From contig NW_027139559.1 of NCBI RefSeq assembly GCF_035084215.1, forward strand, positions 7,440,001 through 7,504,000: a stretch of 64,000 bases of DNA, in the 5' to 3' direction. This stretch comes from Heptranchias perlo (lineage: Eukaryota). Shown one piece after another: positions 1 to 9,391 of the stretch. The notes beneath the pieces are model-generated. The model did not search any database. It was given only the letters and a program-made list of their open reading frames with translations, and was not told where the DNA came from. Positions within the stretch are counted from its first letter, which is position 1. Each line of letters begins with the position of its first letter. The translations under genes were made by a program, and so were the position numbers.

Positions 1-241
1 GGAGATTTTTTTAAGCAGCTAATTGTAATGATCTGGAATTCACTGCTTGAACGGGTGGTCGAAGCAGATTCAATAATAAATTTCAAAAGGGAATTCGATC
101 ATTAATTGCAGTGAAAGCATTTGCCGCGCTATGGGGAAAGAGTAGGGGAGTGGGACTAATTGTCCAGCTTTAAAGATCCGGCACAGGCCCGATGGGCCGA
201 ATGGCCTCCTTTTGTGCTGTATCATTCTATGATTCTATGAT
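1..241 (+). mobile_element. CR1-like LINE 3' end with (TTCTATGA)n tail
   Basis: Typical CR1-type 3' UTR (GGGCCGAATGGCCTCCT...) ending in tandem ATTCTATG repeats; the same 3' end recurs many times in the window. Confidence 0.85.
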
Positions 242-340
242 AGGCAGGGTTGGGCTGGATTCGGACAAAAGCCTTCAAAATAATGCTGCTGAAACAATGA
301 ATTAGTCAGAGAGAAAGAGATAAATCTCAAAGGACAACTT

Positions 341-849
341 CAGATGCTTTACAAAAGTGAAAAAAATGATGCAAATCTTTGAAAAAAGGAAAGATGAATT
401 AACGAAACTACGAGGTGGAAGTGAACAAGTTATTTATCGGGACAACGACGACAGAATGCAAGTACGAAATTCGCCATCCTTGTGCAAATTGGGAGATTAT
501 ATATAAAGATCTCCCTATGATAGTGGGAAACTGAATACCATTGACAGTGATATTAATACCATTGCTTTATTCCTTTTTTTTCACTCAGAGGAGGCAAGGA
601 AGGATATTAACCTTAAACATCACTGTGGGCCGTCTCAGGGCACCACGATTAACGCTTGAGTTTCCTCAGTTCACTCTCCTACTACAGGGCCCGTTTTTTA
701 ATAAACCAGTTAACATCTGGTTTAGTGCAACGGACAGACTAAGTGGATGGTCCTATGATTTCGGAAGAGAAAGGTATAAGATTTAGGATTATTTAAACTG
801 GGGAGTAGCAGTTGTTTTGGGAGCGAATTCATGGGAGAACAATTTGCAT
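341..849. promoter_or_regulatory. Candidate J-C intronic enhancer (two perfect octamers, E-boxes, ETS/IRF-like site)
   Basis: ATGCAAAT 369-376, ATTTGCAT 842-849, CAGATG 341-346, CATCTG 714-719, CAGTTG 809-814, GGAAGTGAAC 417-426; lies 2.4-2.9 kb downstream of J. Confidence 0.35.
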
Positions 850-1144
850 GGATTTGTGTAAAGGAACCAATCGGAGTTTCTACCCGCGCACATTCTTCTG
901 TTCTTAGAAGGTTTTTCCTTTCGATAAGTGCGGTGTTCTATGTCTGCGATGAAACCCTTCTATTCACCACTGTTTCTAGTACAATCTGCATCGCATTGCT
1001 CCCGTTCATAAAGAGTATTCGCTAATGTTACTGACTTCCACATTTTGGGAGCTTTATGCTGGATATTTTCGAAGATTCAATGCAGGGGCCATTATGGTAA
1101 ACTGCTCTGGTATCCGGTAAGGATGGTAATCTACCTTCTCCTAC

Positions 1145-1700
1145 GGATAGAGTGTAGATCAGCTTTACCCTCTATCTAACCGAATCTGTACCTGCCCTGG
1201 GAGTATTTAGTGGGAGAGTGCAGAGGGAGTGCAACTCCGTATCTAACCCGTGCTGTAACTGCCATGGAAGTGTTTGATATGACAGTGTAGCAGGAGCCTT
1301 GCTCTGTATCTAACTCTGTACCAGCGGTGGGAGTGTTTGATGGGACAATGGAGAGGGAGGTTTACGCTGTATCTAAACCTGTGCGGTACCTGCCCTCGGA
1401 CCATTTGTTTTAACAGCGTAGAGGGAGCTTTACTGTTTATCTATCCTGTGCTGTACTTGCACTGGGAGTGTTTGGTGGGACAGTATCGAGGGAGCTGTAC
1501 CCTTTATCTGACCCCCACTGCTCCTGAACTGGGAGTGTTACATGACACAGTGGAGAGGGGGATTTACTCGATAAATTCATCGGCAATAAAGCGCTTTTCA
1601 ATAAAGATGCGTTTATAAACGCAAGTTCATTCCTCTTTTGTACCTATATTCGACCTGACCAGGGAATATTTGGTGGGATTGTGTCGATCGAGTTTAACGT
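1145..1700. repeat. Degenerate ~65-bp minisatellite (TTTGATGGGACAGTGTAGAGGGAGCTTTACTCTGTATCTAACC...GTACCTGCCCTGGGAGTG)
   Basis: About 7-8 diverged tandem copies visible. Confidence 0.8.
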
Positions 1701-3259
1701 TTTAGGATTTTTAAGGTAAATATTTTCTCGGATTCAGTGTCGCTTGGTATCCATGTATGCGGACCCGCCCCTCCCATCATCTGCACCGAGGCTTAACCTG
1801 TCCAATCTCCAGGCAAGCGATATCCAGAACATGGGATGGCAAAAACATCACCCTTACTCTGCACATCAGCTCTGGGATTCTCCTCTCTTCGAAATGCTGA
1901 CTGAATATCCAGTCTATCAGACCAACACTCAGGTTCCAAACAAACACATTGTTTCTTGAATTAAAATAAGTAAACTGACAGTAAAATGTATAAACAGTGA
2001 GTCAAAGACTTCACGATTCTCCCCGAGGCATAAAATAAGGAAGTTACCGTTTACTTTATTTCTATACATGGATATTAAAAGAGAATTTCAATTATCACAC
2101 TCAAACCTACCGCAGTTTCAATGTTCTCTGCTACTCGGCACAATCTTAAACACAGAGCGTTTCTGTTGTCTGAAATACGAGTGTCCAGGAGACTGGCTTC
2201 CATGGAAACAGGCCTCGCACAGACCTACAGTATAGGGGGTGAAATTGGTCTGCGCCAGTAACGCGACACAGGCTGCGAGCGAATCGGCGGCCTGTTTTAC
2301 ACCGCGCCAGACCTTCTCTCCACTGAATTTCACAGAACGATAGTTCGAGCTCTTTTTTGAGATTCGGGTAGTTTCACTGTCCGTTTTGCTTGGTTTGATC
2401 TTAAGAACATTCGCAATATTTTCCAAGTCCGTGTGAAGGACAATCTGATGCCATGTTTACAGGCGGCCGATTCGCGATCGCCCGTTACGCGCTCCTCGAT
2501 CAGATCAATTTCACCCCCAATCATTTTCTTTTCTTTCTGGGTCACTGTGACGCATGCGCCGTTAATCCAGAGTCACAAATTTCAAGATTCGAACAGACAA
2601 TATATAAAAAGGTTCGGTACCGGTATTAATTTATCATTTTTTTATTTAATAAGGGATGATTTTAGAGGGGGGAAAGAATTCGTACTCAATATTTTCTTAA
2701 ATTACGCGTTGAATTAATCCCTTGTTTGCAGCAAACTTTCCTCGCCCCAGAATTGTATAAATTCTTTGAATCAGAAATACTGTATAACAGGAATATACTG
2801 GGCCGCCTCAGTGAGGAGAATAACGGCACTCGGCTGGGTGTGTTCTAACTGTTTAAACTATCACACCGGTGAGATTCATAACTATTCAAATCAGCATCTT
2901 AAATGATCCATAGGTGCTTAGTTATAGATTTTAAAACAGGCTTGTTTATAGGTTCGTTATATATTTAAATATACGTTCGTTATATATTAAAATATATGTT
3001 CATTTTGACATTCGTTATGTATATAAGCGTAGGTTCGTTATACATTTAAGCATAGGCTCGTTTTATTCTCGAGCAAAATCTCTTTTGGAAAAGATTATTA
3101 AGTTTAAAACAAATAAACTGACAGCGAACCGAACAGAACCTCCAAAAACAGCTTCAGCTATTGCCCTGTGCGTTTAAGGCCATTTTAACGAGAACACTAA
3201 TTCTTCATATGTTCTATGAAAAAAATCTTAGTGATAATGTAGCAAGAGAGGTCACTTAC

Positions 3260-3310
3260 CAGAGTTCACAGTCAGCACGGTGCCAGCTCCATCATAGTAT
3301 TGGTAATAAC
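3260..3310 (-). CDS. IgNAR-J: IgNAR J gene segment (YYQYYDGAGTVLTVNS-G) with phase-1 GTAAGT donor
   Basis: G-x-G-T-x-L-T-V J motif; donor GT at 3259-3258; 23-RSS immediately 5'. Confidence 0.95.
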
Positions 3311-3349
3311 CACAGTCATTCAGATCCCAGTAAGCCTCGTTCAAAAAGG
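3311..3349 (+). other. J 23-RSS: CACAGTC + 23 bp + TCAAAAAGG
   Basis: Heptamer 3311-3317, spacer 3318-3340, nonamer 3341-3349. Confidence 0.9.
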
Positions 3350-3661
3350 GTCATTGAATCTAAGGTCCGTTAATAAATACACCAAAACACACGGCTCCAA
3401 GGACCTTTCCAATACACTGGAGTCATTAATCCAGCTTCATTTTCCGTCAGTTTCTGTCCATCCAGATATTTACTATGTGCAATGCGAACTCCTGTCGCAC
3501 TGAAAAAGACAAGGCATTGATTTAAGATCAGGGAATTCAGCTCGATTATAACCAAAGGTCGGATTGGAATTGATTTCAAACTCAATGCAGTAACAACCAT
3601 AAGGTAGAAAGCACATTATGCAGACACCTTCACGAGTAGTAAAACAAATAACTGTTGGAGA

Positions 3662-3729
3662 GGTTTGTGCCGTGACCCGAGTCACTGTGTCACACCAGCA
3701 ACACATCGCTTCAGATCAGCACAAGAAAT
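3662..3729 (-). other. IgNAR-D3: IgNAR D3 segment (TTGCTGGTGTGA, 3690-3701) flanked by 12/12 RSS
   Basis: 3' RSS CACAGTG (3689-3683) + 12 + GCACAAACC (3670-3662); 5' RSS CACATCG (3702-3708) + 12 + ACAAGAAAT (3721-3729). Confidence 0.88.
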
Positions 3730-4043
3730 CCATTGGTACAAACATCACAGAAATCCCTTCAGATAGTCCGAGATATTGATTGAAAGTAATTCAAATCATT
3801 GCCTTTATTTTGGGATCCCAGTAGACGTTTAGAATTCTCAGTCGCTTATGCCAATCCTGGAGAAATATCAATGTTCCATTATGGATATGATTATAACATT
3901 TCCACAACAATCAACTAAATTAATAGACAAAAGGTCTTAACATATCGGCCAGTGTCTGACAGAGACAGTGAGCATTTGACGGTGAAGTTTTTAGCCATCT
4001 GGAGAATAACCTGTATTAACTTTGTATTAAGAGGTTTGGGTAC

Positions 4044-4122
4044 AGTTTATGTGTTACGGGAATCCAAGATTCATTACTGTGGTATACCCAGCCACACAGT
4101 CACAGAGACCAGTGCAAAAAAG
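4044..4122 (-). other. IgNAR-D2: IgNAR D2 segment (TGGCTGGGTATAC, 4082-4094) flanked by 12/22 RSS
   Basis: 5' RSS CACAGTC (4095-4101) + 12 + GCAAAAAAG (4114-4122); 3' RSS CACAGTA (4081-4075) + 22 + ACATAAACT (4052-4044). Confidence 0.92.
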
Positions 4123-4310
4123 GTGCCATATGAATTAATACAAGAGCCTCAGGTCGAGACCCATACTGTAAACCACATTCCTGCCATAATACCTCTGATC
4201 AGCGATTTTTACATCCAGGAGTATTATCCATCCAAAATACTGAGTATCGACACTTCCTAATTAAGCAACAGATAAATACTGCTCCTTTTCCCATAACAAA
4301 GTATGCTGAT

Positions 4311-4389
4311 AGTTTGTGCATTACAGGAACCGTCTCCTCGATTGCTGTGGCTCCCATAGTACACAGTGGTACAGCCCAGTGCAAAAAAA
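4311..4389 (-). other. IgNAR-D1: IgNAR D1 segment (TACTATGGGAGC, 4350-4361) flanked by 12/23 RSS
   Basis: 5' RSS CACAGTG (4362-4368) + 12 + GCAAAAAAA (4381-4389); 3' RSS CACAGCA (4349-4343) + 23 + GCACAAACT (4319-4311). Confidence 0.92.
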
Positions 4390-4587
4390 AGGTTCACCTG
4401 CGTAACTGTAAGGAGAACAGCCGCGCTGCATATCCAACTGTCCCGTGCCGGGGTCTTTGCTGCGGACATTGTCACCAGTTATTTACAAACCTCCCCCAGT
4501 CTCAGACAGGAATCAGCGGCTGCACAGTGAAAGATTCGGTGAAAAAAGCGAAACGACCCGTATTTTCTTCTACGGGAGGTTAGAAGG

Positions 4588-4625
4588 TGTTTTTGTATTG
4601 GTGAAAGCTCAGACTCATTGCTGTG
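4588..4625 (-). other. V 3' RSS (two-turn, 22-bp spacer): CACAGCA + 22 + ACAAAAACA
   Basis: Heptamer 4625-4619 directly after the YYCKAQS codons; nonamer 4596-4588. Confidence 0.93.
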
Positions 4626-4897
4626 GCTCTGAGCTTTGCAGTAATAAGTCGCGCTGTCTTCAGCTGTCAGGTCGTTGATTCTCAGAGAAAAAGACTTTGC
4701 TCCCTTGTTGACTGATTCGACAAATCGTCCGCTAATGGATATGCGAACCCAATCTTTTGTACCCGGATATTGCCGGAACCATCCTGTGGTGTGCAACCCA
4801 CAGTTAGTATCGGTAAAGACGCAGTTGATTGTCAGGGATTCGCCTGCCTCTTTTGTGGCCGTTCTTGGTGTTTGGTCGACTCTTGCACCGAAGGCAT
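4626..4897 (-). CDS. IgNAR-V: IgNAR variable (VNAR) exon, germline, type II-like (extra CDR1 Cys29)
   Basis: [22 protein letters not shown](22)VFTDTNC(29)GLHTTGW(36)FRQ...[31 protein letters not shown](83)KAQS; 87-aa mature domain lacking CDR2; acceptor TTTTTCTCCATTCAG ending at 4898. Confidence 0.97.
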
Positions 4898-5038
4898 CTG
4901 AATGGAGAAAAATATATTTAATACATCGCGTCTCTGAAACAATACAAGAGTTAAAATCAAGGCAATTTCCACAATTTAGACGCAGCCGCTCAGTTTTATC
5001 CAATGAACATTTAATCTCTTTTAAAAAACTGCACTTAC

Positions 5039-5081
5039 TCGGTAACCAGGCTAAAAGGACCGAAACCCAGAAAATATTCAT
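5039..5081 (-). CDS. IgNAR-L: IgNAR leader exon ([15 protein letters not shown]; spliced leader [18 protein letters not shown])
   Basis: ATG at 5081; hydrophobic signal peptide; phase-1 GTAAGT donor at 5038-5033; 141-nt intron. Confidence 0.95.
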
Positions 5082-5175
5082 TGTTTCTTCACCAGCAGTG
5101 AACACTTTAAACAGGGCCAACTCCAGACCTCAACACCGACTGTGCTGTGTGACCGTGTGGATCTGAGCACCGTCC

Positions 5176-5208
5176 TTATAAATCGCGAGAGCGTGAGCTT
5201 ATTTGCAT
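5176..5208 (-). promoter_or_regulatory. V-gene promoter: octamer ATGCAAAT (5208-5201) followed by TATA-like ATTTATAA (5183-5176)
   Basis: Perfect octamer about 17 bp upstream of a TATA-like box, ~100-125 bp upstream of the leader ATG. Confidence 0.85.
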
Positions 5209-5784
5209 AGGGCAGAGTGAGAGACCATTTGCAGTGAGTATAGCTCGCGGTTTGTGATGGGTTGCATCATCTCCCCTATATCCATAGTCACACTAGTGAA
5301 ATCTTCATCCAATTAACATGAGCAGATCAGTGGAGATATGGAGCACAGGCTTTATGGGAAATATTTTGGGATGTTTGCATCCATATGGATCTTGCTTCCA
5401 TACTTCTCGCAGTGTAATAATTTGGTGACACTTTAATGATATATTAATAATGATATCCGCGCTTATATGTCAGTTTAACACAGGAAAAGAAGCAAAATGC
5501 ACACACTCAAATAATTACTACTATATTTTTTTACGGTGACAAAAGGAGCGGCCGCCATGCGGTAACCACGAACCCCAAACTTCGCAGCGTCCACATTAAT
5601 AGAACCGGACCTGCAGTTTGGTTTGTGATGTGGTCTCTTGACCTTTAATAATCCAGTTTGCAATGTACACGAACTTTATGAAAGCCTTTAACAAGTTAAT
5701 ACAGTGGAAAATATGTAAAGATTAAGGATAGAAATAAGTAGAGCAGAGCAAACTGGATTAAAAGAGATTCGAAGAGAGGAAAAA

Positions 5785-6960
5785 GAGAGCTCGCGATATT
5801 CAGAGTGGTTAGAAGTGGTTGGTGATATTCCACAGGATTCGGTTCAGAGAGCTCACTATATTCAGAGTGGTTGGAAGTGGGTAGTGATATCCCACAGAGA
5901 GCTCACTATATTCAGAGTGGTTGGAAGTGGGTAGTGATATCCCACAGAGAGCTCACTATATTCAGAGTGGGTGGAAGTTGGTAGTGATATCCCACAGAGA
6001 GCTCACTATATTCAGAGTGCTTGGAAGTGGTTGGTGATATTCCACAGGATTCGGTTCAGAGAGCTCACTATATTCAGACTGCTTGGAAGTGGGTAGTGAT
6101 ATCCCACAGAGAGCTCACTCTATTCAGAGTGGATGGAAGTGGGTAGTGATATCCCACAGGATTCGGTTCAGAGAGCATACTATATTCAGATTGGGTGAAA
6201 GTGGGTAGTAATATCCTACAGGATTCAGTTAAGAGAGCTCACTATATTCATAGTGGTTGCAAGTGGGTTGTGATATCCCACAGGATTCGATTCAGAGAGC
6301 TCGCTATATTCAGAGTGGTTGGAAGTGGGTAGTGATATCCCGCATAATTCGGTTCAGAAATCTCACGATATTCAGAGTGGTTGGAAGTGGTTGGTGATAT
6401 CCCACAAAATTCGGTTCAGAAAGCTCACGATATTCAGAGTGGTATGAAGTGGGTAGTGATATCCCACAGAGAGCTCACTATATCATTAGCTACATCATTA
6501 AATAAATTTAAAACAGAAATAGACAGTTTTTCTAGAAGTAAAGGGAATTAGGGGTTACGGGGAGCGGGCAGGAAATTGGACATGAATTTAGATTTGAGTT
6601 TAGGATCAGATCAGCCATGATATTATTGAATGGCGGAGCAGGCTCGAGGGGCCGATTGGCCTACTCCTGCTCTTATTTCTTATGTCCTTATGTTCTTATA
6701 CTATTCAGAGTGGTTGGAAGTGGGTAGTAATATCCCACAGAGAGTTGACTATATGCAGAGTGGGTGGAAGTGGGTAGTGATATCCCAAAGGATTCGGTTC
6801 AGAGAGCTAGCTATATTCAGAGTGGTAGGAAGTGGGTAGTGATATCGCACAGAGAGCTCGCTATATTCAGAGTGGTAGGAAGTGGGTAGTGATATCGCAC
6901 AGAGAGCTCGCTATATTTAGAGTGGTAGGAAGTGGGTAGTGATATCGCACAGAATTCGGT
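5785..6960 (+). repeat. 46/58-bp minisatellite derived from the LINE RT 'PQGSVL' motif, interrupted by a CR1 3'-end insertion (6484-6700)
   Basis: Unit AGAGAGCTCACTATATTCAGAGTGGTTGGAAGTGGGTAGTGATATCCCAC(AGGATTCGGTTC), roughly 18 copies. Confidence 0.9.
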
Positions 6961-7475
6961 TCTGGAGACACTTCCATTCATCACGTACACCGATGATCGG
7001 GATCTAGGCCTGGGGAAAGTGGTATCGAAATTTGAACGTGATACCAAAATAGGAATATAGTTAATTATTTAGAGGACCAAAGGAACCTTCTCGAAGACAA
7101 TTAGGGATGGGCAATGAATGCTGGCCTCGCCAGCGACGCCCACATCCCGTGAACGAATAAAAAAATAAATAAAAAATAAAATGGGAGAATGGGCTGAAAA
7201 GTGGCAGATAGAATTCAATATCAGGAAGTGTGAGGTGATGCATTTTTAGAAAGAAAAGAGTAGCAATTATACTCTGAATGGAAGTAGACTCAGTGCTGTG
7301 TAAGAGCAGAGGGATTTCGGATACGGGGTTCACAGGTCATTAAAGGCAGCACCTCAGGTTGATCAGGCTACAGAAAAGCTCATGGATTTCCAGGTTTATT
7401 ATAAGAGGTACAGAATATAAATGCCAATAGGTGATGATGAGCCTATATCAAACCTGAATAAGACCTCAGTTAGAG

Positions 7476-7765
7476 TACTGTGTGCAGTATTGGGCTCCAT
7501 ACTATAGGACGAATATTACAACACAGACTGACTAGGATGCTGCTTCAATACTGTGTGCAGTATTGGGCTCCATACGATAGGACGAATATTACAACACAGA
7601 CTGACTAGGATGCTGCTTCAATACTGTGTGCAGTATTGGGCTCCATACTATAGGACGAATATTACAACACAGACTGACTAGGATGCTGCTTCAATCCTGT
7701 GCGCAGTATTGGGCTCCACACTATATGAAGAATATTACAACACAGACTGACTGGGATGCTGCTTC
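7476..7765 (+). repeat. 73-bp tandem repeat x4 inside the LINE
   Basis: Units start at 7476, 7549, 7622, 7695. Confidence 0.9.
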
Positions 7766-9059
7766 GTATGAGAAACATAAATATGAAGAATGATTGGAAA
7801 ATTAGGTCTTTTTTCGCTCGAACATCTTTGATTATGGGTCGATATAATAGAAGTGTTTAAAATGATGGAAGAATGGGACAGGGTAGATAGAAACATAATG
7901 TTTCCAGTGTTTGAGGGATCAAGACGAGAACCCACAGATAAACTATTAAATGTAAGAGATTTAGAACAGAGTGAAGGAGAAACTTCTTCACACAGCGGGC
8001 TGTGAGGCTGTGGAATTCACTTCCAACGTTAGTGGTTGAGGCAGAAACTATGTCAACATTCCTTTGGTCCTCTAAATAATTAACTATATTCCTATTTTGG
8101 TATCACGATTAAATTGGACAGGTGGAGGCGGGAAAGTGGCTGTACGGATGTGGAAACCGGGTGGGTAAATGTGATAAGAACTAGTTGCTTGCTTGGACAG
8201 CAAACGGCGACACAGACTGTTTGGGTCTAATGGTCTGTTTCCATGTTGTAACTTTCATTTGGTTCCAGGTATTGCGTGCATACCGCGGAGTGTATTCTAT
8301 GTAATATTCTGGCTGCATAAGCGAATTCCATAACTCTCCGAGCTTGCTGTCATCTGTGAATCTAATTACTTCGCATTGAGACTTTAGCGGCCTAATATTA
8401 AATCAATACAACCTTTGTGTACCAGCGACACGACCGATCCGAACATGGACCCCTGCTGGTTGAAATGGGATTGTTCAATCTGACGGAGTGCCTTTCAAGA
8501 AATGTTGCGGGTACGATTGGTGTTTGGAAGTTCCAACAGCAGCTCCAATCTGGTTGAACCCTTATCTGGTCTAGAGCTGTTCAATGGTCTGTTAGAGTTG
8601 ACACCGCTGGTCTCTATCCATGGACAGAACACTTGCTCCCAGCTGCAATAACTCTGACTGAAACAACATGCACTACATCCTGAAAAGCACCAAACAAAAT
8701 TCCGTTGGAATTGTGTAATTTTCCCATGAGACCACAGACGGGTTCTCTCTCAACCCTCAATGATAGTCGAGTCTACCGGCACTCACGGGGCCTACTTGGG
8801 GAGTTATTCGACAGATACTGGTCTCTTTACAAGAGTCAAATGATGCATTTTCCGCTGGTGCCCGGCGCACATATTCCTGTTTTGCGACCACTAATTTCTA
8901 TGGGCGGTAAATCACTGGCTGGCAATGTTTCGATACGCGCTCCCGGAGCGGAAAAATTCCCCGATGATCTCCCCAAACTTCACCATCCAAATTGTTTGTG
9001 ATCGATATTCGCTGGAACGAGGGTCCAGTTATTCGATTCACTCGACAGTCATGAACCAT

Positions 9060-9391
9060 GTCATCAAAATATGGATCATCGACTGGAGGTTGTCACTGAT
9101 AACCTTAGTCATCAAAATATGGGTCATCGACTGGAGGTTGTCACTCATAACCTTGGTCATCAAAATATGGGTCATCGACTGGAGGTTGTCACTCATAACC
9201 TTGGTCATCAAAATATGGGTCATCGACTGGAGGTTGTCACTCATAACCTTGGTCATCAAAATATGGGTCATCGACTGGAGGTTATCACTCACAACCTTGG
9301 TCATCAAAATATGGGTCATCGACTGGAGGTTGTCACTCATAAACTTCGTCATCAAAATATGGGTCATCGACTGGAGGTTATCACTCATAAC
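9060..9391. repeat. 48-bp minisatellite x7
   Basis: GTCATCAAAATATGGGTCATCGACTGGAGGTTGTCACTCATAACCTTG repeated at 48-bp period. Confidence 0.95.

Larger units (their letters stand above)
5740..8250 (+). mobile_element. Degenerate CR1-like LINE (RT to 3' end) carrying two internal minisatellites and nested insertions
   Basis: RT motif remnants (SDIPQDSV, FITYTDD..SKFERDTKIG, YCVQYWAPYY) and a CR1-type 3' end near 8250. Confidence 0.8.

Noticed and set aside
621-665. Minus-strand NSSVNRGALRR followed by a perfect CACAGTG, resembling a decayed TCR V end (DSAVYYCALR); would suggest a NAR-TCR supporting V-delta
   Set aside because: No nonamer at 12 or 23 bp, no Cys, and no V framework in the 300 bp upstream
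1741-2717. ORFs downstream of J as possible constant-domain exons
   Set aside because: No C1-set Cys/Trp pattern or convincing splice sites; lone CACTGTG at 2543-2549 lacks a nonamer
4479-5120. 213-aa single-exon reading of the VNAR ORF
   Set aside because: Includes 5' UTR, the leader intron and RSS read-through; the real structure is leader exon + V exon
5527-5610. J-like remnant upstream of V (GGRSF-VTVK after a 1-nt frameshift)
   Set aside because: Needs a frameshift plus two substitutions; no valid heptamer and no splice donor
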